Positions 23,943 to 35,974 of a stretch of DNA of 64,000 bases are shown piece after piece. A program made the position numbers and the translations under genes. The notes under the pieces were generated by a model. That model made no database searches. It had not been told where the DNA came from and was given only the letters and a program-made list of their open reading frames with translations. The DNA comes from Squalus acanthias (taxonomy: Eukaryota). The DNA lies in contig CM059431.1 in NCBI GenBank assembly GCA_030390025.1, positions 155,498,001-155,562,000 on the forward strand. The letters run 5' to 3'. Positions within the stretch are counted from its first letter, which is position 1; every line of letters starts with the position of its first letter.

Positions 23943-26900
23943 ACACACTTGGAACTGTGTAATGACGAGGAGATTTAAACTCACGGTTTCCGATTCGGGG
24001 GGCCGCCGTGTCAACTTTCAACAAAGATATATCGCCTGCTCCGGTATCTGTGAACCGTGAGCCAAGTAATGAAAATTTGTATCAAAACAAAACCTTGCAC
24101 TGATTACTATTAATTCCACTAATGTGTCAGGATTTACACGCATTAATCGCACTGCTCGACTTCTCTGTACATTCAAAGGAGAGGTAGCTCAGGCAATATG
24201 ATTACCAACTGCTTCACCCACTGTTATCGCTGAGATCGATGTGACAATATTATTGATTAATCTGCCGTTATTTTTTGCAGTATTTGGTAACTGGCTTTAT
24301 TAAAACGGAGTTTTCCTTTTTATAATTAATACATTTTGGCGACAATTGAAACTTGTTCAAACTAAACTGATATTATATTTTACGTTCATATGTTTAAAGT
24401 AGACATGTAAAGGGACAAAGGGCACGCAAATGTGAAGACACCCAACTGGAAGAGAACCAATTTCAGTGATTTAAGAAGGGATCTGGCAGAGTTGGACTGG
24501 AAGGAATGATTGGGCAGGAAAACAGTAAATTAGCAATGGCAGGCCTTTGTGGACATATATATATAGGTTACAAACGAAGCGTATGCACATAACGAGGACA
24601 TATGGGGCTTCGAAAGCTCAGCCACCCTGGGTGACAAAGAAATATACTTCAAAATAAAACAGCAAAAAGGATGTTTATGCAAAGTTTCAAGTACAGGATA
24701 CGGTTCAAAACCAGGCAGAGAGTGAAGGGGACAATTGAACAAAAAGATTCAAGAAGATCAAATAAATTGTACGAGGAAAGATTATTGGGTATCTATAACA
24801 ATCTTTGAATAAATAATATTAGCTAATTAAATGAATAAAAAAAGCTTGTCTAAGATATGGCTGGGCAGGTTGTGTGTCTGAATTGCAGTATGTGGGAGTT
24901 GGTGGACTTCGAGACTGTCCTGAGGAAACACGTCTGCAGGAGATGTCTCCATCTTGAATTTCTCTGGCTCAGAGTCGTTGAGCTGAAGTGCGAGTTGGAG
25001 AAACCCCGACACATAAGGGAGCGAGAGGAATTTCTGGACAGTTTTAGCCAGAATACAGTCATACCCGAAAGGAAAGCATAGGTTCAGGAATGGAAGGCTG
25101 TGAATGCTAGGGAGCCGGTTAGCGGGGAATTTGGAGAAGTTGAGAAGCAGGTCGCCCAGATACTGGTCCTGTCCAACAAGTATGATGTACTCGCTACCTG
25201 TGAAGACAAGATGAAAGACAGCAGGGAGGAAAGACAGAATGCAGACCAAGACACCGTGGCTCAGAAGACTGTCCAGGGGTCGGGGGTGGATCTGGTGGGC
25301 GGAAAAGCAACATAGAAATTTCGTACTGATAGGGGACTCTAAATTTACGATGACAGATAACCTCCTCTGAAGCCATGAACGATAATCCCTAAGCGTGTGT
25401 TGCCTACTTGGTGCCAGGGTAAGGGATATCTCATGGCGGCTGAAGAGGAATTTGAATAGGAAGGGGTTGAATCCAGTTGTCGTGGTCCATGTTGGAGCAA
25501 AGGACATTGGAGGTAAAAGGGAGGAGGTCATGCTGCAAGTGTTTCAGGAGATAAGCTCAAAATTAAAAGGCGTCCTCGAGTTTAATAATCTGCGGGTTAT
25601 TGCCCGAGTTACGTGCAAATTGGCAGAGATGAAGACAGATCAGGAGAATTAACAGGTGGCGAAAGGGCTGGTGTGGGGAAGAGGGGTTCCTTTTCATGGC
25701 ACATTGGCACCAGCCCTGGGACATGAAGGAGCTCTACCAATGGAACGGTGTCCATCCTAACCGGGATGGGAGCCGTGTCCGAGCAGAAATGTTAAATAGG
25801 GAGGTGGCAAAGGGTTCAAACTAATAAGAAGGGGAGAGGGATCTACAAGAAACGTAAGCAGCTAAAATATAATCCTAACAGTGAGCATATGGAAATAATA
25901 AAGTAAGGGAGGATATTGACTGCAAGGGAGAAAATAAAGTTATAGAACAGCAGTCTAAAAAGATGGTTAAACATAAAAAGAGAGGAAATGCTATTAAAAA
26001 TGAGTTAACATGTCTGTACAGCAATGCACACAGTGTCTGAATTAAAACAGGGGAACTGGAGGCAATCATGCGTTGGGAGGAACCAGACATAGTAGGATTA
26101 TTAAGACATGGCTACAGAAAAATCAGGGTGGGAATTAAACATTGCAGATTATAACATATTTAGAAAAGATAGAGAGGATAAAAGGGGGGGGGGGGGGGGT
26201 TGGAATAGCTGATGAGGGATACCATAATGGCAGGGGAAAAAAGGGATGTAGATATCAGCGTGACAAAAATAGAATCCATATGGATAGAGATAAAAGGTAA
26301 TAAACGATCAATCACCCTAATAGGTGTAGTCTACAGACCACGTAATAGTGAAAGGGAGCTGGAGGAAGAACTATACATGGAAATTAGAGCATGAGTAAAA
26401 AACAAGTAATAATAACCATGGGGGATTTCAACTACCCCGATAATAATTGGACAGAAGAGGTCATTAAAGGGGATAATAGAATCGAGTTCCTACAATGTAT
26501 ACAGGGCAACTTTCTAACCCAATATGTAAAAAAGCCCACCAAGGGAAGATTCGCTATTGGATCTAATTATGGGGATTGAGCCAGAGCAGATAAGAGAAGA
26601 AAAAGCAGGTAAACATATGTGCAATAGTCACCATAATATAATACGCTTTAAGATGACAATAGAGAAGGAAATAAGGACAAATTACCAATTGAATAGATTG
26701 GTGAAATGTTGATTTTGAGGGGCTGAGAATAGAATTTGTGTAGCTAAAATGGGCAAAAATATTGGCAGCAACGATGTAGAACGACAACGGGAAACATTTA
26801 AAACAGTGTTCAACAAAGTGCAGGAAAATATCTATTCCGCTAAAAGTAAAGAACAAGCTAAACACTAATAACAATTCATGGATGAAAAAGGACAGAAGGA

Positions 26901-27180
26901 AATAATTAAGTTTATGGAAGAGGCATACATTAAGTACACAGAGAGCAGAGGAGTGCATGATAAGAGAGAATACGAAGGGATTAGGAGATAAGTCAAAAAG
27001 CCAATAAGCTCGGCAAAGAGGAACTATGAAATTAAATTATCAAGGAACATAAAGAGAAATATTAAAATATTTTACAGTCATATCAATAAAAAAGGAAGGT
27101 TGGGATGGGAATATGGCCCTTAAGTGATTGACAGGACAATACCACAAGTAACGATAGGGAGATGGCAGAAATATTAAATC

Positions 27181-27690
27181 ATTGGCCTAGAAATTCGCGT
27201 TGCCTGCTTGCCGCGGGGGTAAGGATCGAGCGCTCTTACCCACCGCGCCTGCCGTTGTGTTTTGGGCCCACAGGAACTTCGAGTCCTGGGCCTCTCCCAA
27301 GAGCCGGCGCGCAGTGCTTGCGTGTTCCAAGGGTCGCGGTTAGTGCGATGCGACCCCTGGGATCACGTGGGCAATGGAGAGCCAAAAAAAGCAGCCAATC
27401 TTTCATTCATAGATTTGACAGGATGCCTGTCAATTCAGTGAATTGAAATCGGCCGCAAAAGAACAGCTAAACTTAAAATAAATTAAAGAAAAAAACGCAT
27501 CACATTTGTAAAATTACTATAGTTAAATAAATTAACCACTTTAAACAAAAATTTTAATTTTTGAAAAAATTTAAATACTTTTTAAAAGTTATAAAAATAA
27601 ACTTACCTTTCTTTAAAGTATCTAAAAAAGGTAAACCTGTTGAAAAAAATGTAAAATTAAACTTAATTATCTACTTACCTTGTTCAAAAG
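27181..27690. mobile_element. Partial MITE-like element (GC-rich end, AT-rich core)
   Basis: Begins 'attggcctagaaattc', the reverse complement of the 58328 terminus, and shares 'ccctgggatcacgtgggc' with the other copies. Confidence 0.65.
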
Positions 27691-27762
27691 GGGTCTTCCT
27701 CTTTTAATGTAAACCAATCAATTATCTGTAACTAAATAAAACTTTAAAGGAAAATTAACAAA

Positions 27763-27900
27763 TCAAATTAAAATTTGGTAGTCCGGGGTGACGATGCACT
27801 CCAGCCCCCGCGGCGCCCACCGGTCGCGGAAAAACTCAAGCGTGCCGGCGGACACCGCGTGCTCCATCTCCAGGGCCACCCGGGCGCGAACATGGCCGCG
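27763..27900 (-). mobile_element. Tx1/L1-like ORF2 C-terminal fragment
   Basis: Minus strand reads RGHVRARVALEMEHAVSAGTLEFFRDRWAPRGLECIVTPDYQILI*. Family recognised from memory only. Confidence 0.5.
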
Positions 27901-30109
27901 GAAGAACAAAAGGGGTCTGAAGCCTCCTTTTTATTAGCTTAGAATCTTCAATACTTAACCTCGCGTTGAAAACTGAAAAAAAATCAAAGTGTGCTGCGTG
28001 CGCGCCGCCTCTAGTCGCCTAATTATAAAAAGGAAATCGAGGCACTGGAGAGGGTGCAGAGAAGATTTACAAGGATGTTACCAGAAATGCGAGGGTATAT
28101 TATGAGGAAAGGATGAACAGTCTGGGTCTCTTTTCACTTAAAAAAAGAATGCTGAGAGGTGACCTGATAGAGGTATTTTAAATTATGAGAGGTTTTGATA
28201 GAGTGGATACAGAGAGAATGTTTCGACTTCTGGGGAGAAGTATAACGAGAGGCCATCAATATAAGATATTCACAAAGAGAATCATTAGCGAATTCAGCAG
28301 AATCATTAGCCAGAGAGTGGTGAGAATGTGGAACTCGCTGCACAGGGAGTGATTGAAGCGAAAAGTATTGATGCTTTCATGGGGGGGCTTGACAAACATA
28401 TAAGGGCGAACACAACAGAGGTTTATTCTGATAGATTTAGATGAAGAAAGACGGGAGGAGGCTCGAGTGGTTCATAAGCACCGGCATGGATTGGTTGGAC
28501 CGAAAGGACTGTTTCTGTGACGTATATCCCTTGTAATCCTTTGTAAGATAGCTGGCAGTGATAAGTGGTGAACTGCTTTTTTTCTGACCGGAGATAAGGC
28601 TGCTATAGAGTCCACAGGGGGCGGTATTCCGACAATTGCTTTTCTTGTTACATATAAATGACATGGACTTGGGCATAGAGAGTACAATTGTGAAGTTTCA
28701 GGATGATACAAAACTTGGCAACGTAGTAGGTATTGAGCAGGAATGTAGAGGATTTCAGGAAGATCTAGGCGGACTGGTGTAAGGAGCAGACTCACGGATG
28801 ATGAAAGTTAATGTGGATAAATGTGAAGTAATGTAATTGGGACGAACAACATGTAGCAGCAGTATATTCTAAACAGTACTATTTTGAGGGGGTGCATGAG
28901 CCGAGGGATCTGGGGTGCATATTCACAAATCCTTAAAGCAGCCAGGGCTTCAGGCGACAGCATTTTAGGCAGGTTGTTAATACCTTGGCGAGTGTGCAGA
29001 GGAGGTTTACCAGAATGATACCAGGGATGAGGAACTTCAGCTCCGTGGATAGATTGGTGAGTCTGTGATTGTACTACTTACAGCAGAGAAGGTAAGACGG
29101 GACCGAATAGAGTATTCAAATTATGATAAATCAGCTAGGAAAGCATATGTGGCAATGTGATTCGTGAACAGGAACATTGAACACAAAGCAAGGATGTCCT
29201 GCTAAACATTTACAAATCACTGCTTAGGCCTCAGCTGCAGTAATGTGCACAAGTCAGGGCACAACATTTTGGGCAGGATGTTAAGGCCTTACCGAGTGTG
29301 AAGAGGAGGTTAACCAGGATGACCCTAGGGATGAGGGACTTCAGTTATGAGGAGAGATTGGTGAATCTGTGATTGTACTCCTTACAGCAGAGAAGGTTAA
29401 GGCGGGAACTAATAGAAGTATTCAAAATTATGACGCGGTTACTATACAGCTAGTAGGGCGAAACTATTTCCTCTGGTAAGTGGTTCGATAAGCAGAAATC
29501 ATCTTTTTAAAATAATTCCCAAACGGACTAGACGGGAAATGAGAAGAAATTATTGTACTCTAAGTTTTTATGAACTGGAATGCACTACATGAAAGATTGG
29601 TGGAATCAGATTACATAGGTGCTTTCAAAAGCAAATTCGACTTGTATTTGAAGAGGAATCATTTGCAGGATTATGGGGAAAATCTGGGGTGTGGAACGTA
29701 ATTAGACAGTTCTTTCACGGATATGGCGCAGGCAAGGCCGTCTGATAGGCCTCCTTCTGGGGTGCAAGAATATATGATTCTATGAATTTTCGAAGATATT
29801 CTTACACATATTGTATCATATATGATTGCAACTTTGATTAACACAGTTTATACGGAAAACAGCAATAAAATAACTCAGCTTAAAATCGAAAACATGTAAT
29901 TCTAACTTATAACTACAAATGATGAAGTGTCCCCTAATAATATAGCACCAACCAAGATAAGGTTGCGATTTCAAATTTACTTTGTGTTATCTTATCTTAC
30001 CAATCATTCAATATCCTTCGTTTTCGGAAAATATTTTTTAAAATGTGGAAAGATAGAACCAGCGAAATAAGACAGTAATTTCTTTGTCTTTCAATATTTA
30101 TAAATCACG

Positions 30110-33100
30110 AAAGCTCTTGACAGATCGGACGCCTGCCAAAGAGAAGGGCCTCTGAGGGCGGATAGTTCTGCTTTCCGGAGAACCTCCGCCCGCGCAAAAC
30201 CGTTAGAAATCGTACATAAATTAAAAACGGAAAATGCTGGAAATGCTCAGCAGGTAAGGCAGCATCTGTGGAGAGAGAAACAGAGTTAACGTTTCAGGTC
30301 AATGAAGCCTTCGTTAGAACGGGATAAAGCTGGAGATGGAACAAGCTTTTCAGCAAATGTAGGGGCAGGGAAAGGGCGGAGTCGAGGAAAGAACAAAAGG
30401 GAATCTCCGTGATAGGATGGAAGGCAGGAGAGATTAAGAGACGAAAGGGATGATGGTGCAAGGCAAAAGGATATGGTAATGGGACAAGTTAAGAAACAAA
30501 TGATGAAGTGTAAATGGAACTGGCAGAATGAAAGACAGCTGTCATGTGAGAGAGAGAGAAATTCAATGGAAAAGAAAGATAGGGGCAGTGGTTATGTTCT
30601 GAAATGTTGAGTCCAGAAGGCATAAAGTGCCTAATCGAAAGATGAGGTTTTGTTCCTCGAGCTTACCTTGAACTTCATTGGAAAAGTGTAAGAGGCCGAG
30701 GACAGTGAGGTCTGAGTGGGAGTGGAGCTGAAAATTAATGTGACGGGCGACCGAAAGCTCCGGGTGAACGTTACGGACTGAATCGAGGTGTTCCACAAAG
30801 CGGTCACACAATCCGCGTTTGGCCTCCCCAATGTAGAGGATACCGCATCGTGAGCAGCAAATACGGTATACTAAATTTCAAGAAGTACAAGTAAATCGCT
30901 GTTTCACCTGGAAGGATTGTTCGGGGCCCTGGATAGTGGGCAGGGATCAAATAAAAGTGCATGTGTTGCATCTCCTGCGCTTGCACGGGAAGTTGCCAGG
31001 CGAAGGGGAATGGGTGTTGGGGATGATAGAGGAGTGGACCAGGGTGTCGCGGAGAGAGCGGTTCCTTCGAAAAGCTTAAAGGGGAGGTGAGGGGAAGTTG
31101 TGTTTGGTGGTGGGATCACGTTGCAGGTGGCGGAAATGGCGGAGGATGATCCGTTGAATGTGGAGTCAGGTGGGGTGAAAGATGAGGACAAGGGGAACCC
31201 TATCGTATTTCCGGGAGGGAGGGGAAGGGTTGAGAGCGGAAGTGTGGCAGAAGAATGGACATGGTCAAGGGCCGTGTCAAACACAGTAGAGCTGAATCCT
31301 CAGTTGAGGAAAAAAAATACATGTCGGAAGCACTAGTAGGAAGGTGACATCGTCGGAGCAGATGCAGCGGAGACAGAGAAACTGGGAGAATGGAATAGTG
31401 TCCTTCCAGGAAGCGGGGTGGGAGGAAGTGTAGTCTAGGAAGCTGTTGGGGTAAGTGGGTTGGACTGAATGTCTGTCAATAGCCTATCCCTTAGTGATGG
31501 AGAAAGAAAAGTCGAGGAAGGGAACTGAAAATTCGGAGATGGAACATGTTGAAGGTGAGGGACGCTTGAAAATTGGAAGCAAAGTGAATGAAATTTTCTA
31601 GTTCAGGGCGAGAGCACGAAGCAGCACTGATACCGTCCTCAATGTACCGGAAAATGAGGTGAAGGAGGGGGCATGAGTAGGACTGGTAAAAGAATGTTCC
31701 ACATATCCCATGAAAAGTTAAGCATAGCTAGGTCCCATGCGGGTTCCCAAAGCAACACCTTTAATTTGGAGGAATTGAGTAGATTCAAAGGAGAAGTTGT
31801 TCGATATGAGAACAAGTTCAGCCAGGTGGAGGAGTTTGGTGTGGATGGGGAATGTTTGGGCCTCTGTTCAAGGAAGAAGCGGAGCGCCCTCAGGTCATCC
31901 TGGTGGGGAATGGAGGTGTTAAGGAATTGGACGTCCATAGTGAAAAGTAGACGGTTGGGGCCAGGAAACTGGAAAATGTTAAAGTGGCAGAGGGCTTCGG
32001 AAGTGTTTCGGATGTAGGTGGGAAGAGACTGGACAAGGGGAGAAAAAATACTGTCGAGATAGGATGAGATAAGCTCCTTGGGGCAAGAACATGCTGAAAT
32101 GATGTGTGAGGATATTGAGAAGGATATAGAAGCGGGCTGTGCGGGGTTGGGGATCAATGAGGTTGGCGGCCGTGGAGGAACGATCTCCAGAGGAGATGAG
32201 GTCAGTGACGGTCTTGGAAACGTTTGCTTGATGTTCAGTAGTGGGGTCACGGTCCAGGCAGAGGTAGGAGGAGGTGTCGGAGAGTTGGCGTTCAACCTCC
32301 GCTAGGTAGAGGTCAGTTCGCAAAACAAAAACAGCAACACCCATTGTCGTAAGGTTTAATGACAATTTTGGGGATGGATCTGAGAGAATGGAGTGCTGCA
32401 AGTTCACAGGGAGGTAGATTGGAGTGAGTGAGGGGTGGAGATAAATTGAGACGGCCGATGTCACGCCGGCGGTTTGCAATGAAAAGATCTAGAAAGTTTA
32501 CGAGGCCAGAGGGAGGGGTCCAGGCAGAAGGAGAATTCTGAAAACGGGAGAATGGGTCAGCTGTGCGGGGGGAAGTTCCTGGCAAAAGAAGTGGACATGG
32601 AGACGAAGGCGGCGGAGAAAGAGCTCAGCATCTTGCCGAGCTCGAAATTCATTGAGATGGGGCGTCAGTGGATGAAGCTCACGCTTTTGCTAAGGACTGA
32701 TCTTTCGGGGTCAGAGACGGGAAGGTCAGCGTGGATAGTGTAATCACTGCAGAGGGTGAGATTGGAAGAAGGGATGGGGTCAGACAAAAGTGAAGGGTAA
32801 GAAGGTTCCGGAGGGGTGTTGGTGTCCAGGAGTTGTTGAAGCTTGCGATCCTTGACACCTGAAAGGAAGAAAACATTTTTTTGTTAAAGCGCCGAATGAG
32901 GCGAAGGATGAAATGGAACTGCGGACCAGGATAGCTTTGAGATACAGTGAGGCGTTGCTGCTGAAGAGCGTGGTCGAGAGTGTTCATGTGGTGGCGCATG
33001 GCATTCAGCGTGGATCTCACGATACGGCGAGAGCAGTGGTTCGAGGAACGCTGACTATCATGAAGGTATCTGTAGTCCTGCGTGGATCCAAAACACGAAG

Positions 33101-33730
33101 GGTGGAATTTTAATTGGAATACACATGGAGTAAGTCGAAGGCGCAGACAGTTGCTGTGGAAAGATATGTGGGTTTGAAAGCGAGTTTTGGTAGATACCTG
33201 ATCAAACACGATAAGGGAGACATAAAGCAATGAAGATGAACAAGATAAAAGAGACAAACGGAAATCCCGCCGGAGAGTAGAGCAGAACTTCTTCAATTGG
33301 GCATTCTTAGAAGATTTCTCTTCTTAAAAACCTTATGCTTAGTTAAAAAAAAACTTTTGTTAACTCATTTATAATTTAAAAATACTTTTAAAATATGTAA
33401 GTTTATTTTTAGCCCTGTAAAAAATGTATTAAAAAATATTTAATTTATTGTAATTTCAACTCATTTTAAAAACGTGATTTAAAAAAAATATTTAAAGTTT
33501 GACTGTGCTTTTGGGGTGATCTCCATTCATATATTTGACAGATCTATCTTTCAAGTGTATGGAGGGAGATTTACTTCCATTGGCACCCCATGGCCTACGT
33601 GATCCCAGGGACGCTTGGAAATAAATGCGCCTCTGGGATACGTGGGCCCTGCGCATTTCGAGTTTGGAGTGGCACCTCGGGAGCCCTCCGGTAAGTTGCT
33701 AGAAGCCTCAGATCGGAAAATACGGGCCGG
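30110..33730. mobile_element. MITE-like element split by the Penelope insertion (halves ~30110-30215 and ~33320-33730)
   Basis: Both halves align in order with the copy at 57584-58328. Confidence 0.7.
30220..33312 (-). mobile_element. Decayed Penelope-like retroelement (RT plus GIY-YIG endonuclease)
   Basis: Frameshifted pieces: LFTMDVQFLNTSIP, GTRMGPSYA region, VYRICCSRCGILYIGE...DRFVEHL. Terminal repeat carries a degenerate hammerhead core at ~30284-30320. Confidence 0.9.
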
Positions 33731-34319
33731 AGTGTTTCAACTACACGAGTTTGCGCAGGAAACTATAACTGAAAAACTGATGCAAGAATGAGAATGGAAT
33801 CAAAGAGAATCTTACGGCAAGTCAAAACCAAATGACGTCTTGAGGTTGTGGTTGAAGTTGTGGAAGGATTCGCAGGATAATTAACATTCTGACAGGGTTC
33901 GATACAACACTGCTTCCATGTCCATAACCATCTCTTATACCAGCCCATAGGGTGGTTAGGTTCTCGAGGTCTGGACGGTTTTAAGGGCTCCTTTGACTGA
34001 TACGGTGAAGAGGAGTGGGGCAATGTACAGCCACTAGAGGTGAGTTTCCCGCTGGTTATTATCGCAGAATTCAGTGCTGGAGCTTAGGTTTGAGCTCGGT
34101 GCGATCAGGGTTCGAACCCTGCCCCTTGTCACTCAGATGCGATAATGTTGCTACGATGTCGAATTCCCGAAGTGAAGAGGTTTTATTAACAGAGGTGGGC
34201 AGATCGAATTCATTCACAATTTTAAAGGAGTGCATTCTGTCCTATTTGTTTAGATATTATTTGTGATACATAATAACAAAGCTATTAACAATGTAGCTTG
34301 CAGATAAGTAGAGTTCACT

Positions 34320-35058
34320 GATGCCTTGCGATTTCTCGGCTGGGAGCTGGACAATGATTTCTGGAGGCGCTGGTTGGAGTCTGCCCACGTGCCGAGTCCT
34401 GGGATCAGGAACAATCTATGAACTTACCTGAGGCCCGGGACGCACACACTTCCGATCCTGGGCCTCACCAAACTACAAGTTCGCGGGCTCACGTATCCCA
34501 GAGGCGCATGTAGTTCGCAGCGTCTTTGGGATCAGTGGGCCATGGGGAGCCAATCAAAGAAGGGAATCTCCCTTAAATCACTTGACAGGAAGACCTGTCA
34601 AATATATGAATGGAGATCGCCCCAAAAACATAGTAACTTTTTAAATATTTTTTTTTAATAAAATCACATTTTTAAAATGACTTGAAATTACAATACATTA
34701 ACTATTTTAAACAAAAAAATAAAACTTTTGAAAAAAAAAAAAGTTTTTCACGGGGCTAAAAATAAACTAAACTTTTAAAAATATTTTTAAATGATAAATC
34801 AGCCCTTATGCCTGCGTTTACCAGGCGTAAGAATTGTAAGGGTTTTCTGCGGGTGGCGCGTCTCAAAAAGCGGAACCATCCGCCCGCAGAGGCCCTTCTC
34901 GAGGGCAGCCGGAGGATCTGTCAAGAGCATTCTTCACAGATCGGAAATGCCTGTTTTCAGCACATGCGCTGTGCATGCCTGAAACCGGCATTTCCGATGT
35001 CCCTACGGGTGTGTACACAGCGCGTACCCACCCGTATGGATCGGAATATCTGGGCCAA
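34320..35058. mobile_element. MITE-like element, inverted relative to 57584-58328
   Basis: Same triple-hairpin end (34917-35040) and terminus 'ggaatatctgggccaat'. Left boundary approximate. Confidence 0.7.
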
Positions 35059-35394
35059 TATATTACAAAGACATCTAATGCAACATTAATTTAAAACAAT
35101 ATTAAAAAGGACGACGTTTTCAATTGATTGCTGATTTAACTACGCAAGAGAGGGATTTTGGATCACTTGTTCAGAATGTGTTCACTCCTGACTGAGTGCT
35201 GGACAGCTAAGCACACAAGTAAAGTGTAAACAAACTAATGCTTGCGACAACCCGCAGGGCTGAAAGAGAGAGAGACAGGTGTCACAGGTGGAGCGTATTC
35301 CGAAGTATCCCAAACTGTCCAGTGGATGTCGACTGCAGGTCTGTGAGTTCGATGGTAAAGTGACATAGAGGTGAGTTCTCGTCGATAATATTGG

Positions 35395-35580
35395 CTCAAA
35401 TTGGAGCTATTTGCTGACACTACATGCAGTACCGAGGGACAGCAGCACAGGCCGAGCTGTCGTCTTTCGGATAAGACGTTAAACCGAAGCCCTGCCTGCC
35501 CGCTCATGTACATGTAAACAATCCCACGGCACTATTTGAAAGAAGACCAGGGAAGTTCCCCGTGTCCTCGCCAGTAATCC
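35395..35580 (+). mobile_element. SINE fragment (DeuSINE/SacSINE1-like core)
   Basis: 'gcagtaccgaggga...gtctttcggataagacgttaaaccgaagccc...atcccacggcactattt' resembles the Deu-domain core; recognised from memory. Confidence 0.55.
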
Positions 35581-35974
35581 TACAATCCCGCACTGGAGTA
35601 ACAGCCTCGATATTGTGTTCAATCTCAGCAGCGGCCCTAAATGTACATGTATGCACCTTTATGTATTTTTTCCGCGCCAGTCAAAACTTCAGTCCATCAC
35701 GAAATGGCCATGCTCTAACTGATGCATAACCTCGTGCAATTCCTCTGCAGAATGTTCTTTAGTGTGAGCATGCATAGCGTGTATGTTCTGCTCTTATAGC
35801 GAGTGGCAGCAAACTTCAGACGTCAGATTCTGAAAAGAAAGTCATTCATTTGCTCTTTTATGCAAGAGCCAGAAGATAGTGATTGGTAGAGAGAGGCCTG
35901 GCTCATTGACATATCCTGTACACAAGGCATGCTTTTGCAAATTATGGCACAGCTATCAACTGGCGATCAGCTAA

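Larger units (their letters stand above)
24850..29780 (+). mobile_element. Cluster of old decayed CR1 sequence (ORF1 ~24857-25820, ORF2 pieces to ~29780) interrupted by insertions
   Basis: CLNCSMWE finger, VHVG motif, GVVYRP, MGDFNYP and several RT C-terminal remnants. Probably more than one element. Confidence 0.85.

Noticed and set aside
28960..29435. Two similar ~165-bp CR1 segments in tandem
   Set aside because: Ordinary local duplication within a dead LINE.
34085..34155. tRNA-like B-box (gggttcgaaccc)
   Set aside because: No cloverleaf; at most a decayed SINE head.
35258..35338. Possible short exon (cgcag|…CAG|gt)
   Set aside because: Weak splice signals, no homology and no partner exons.
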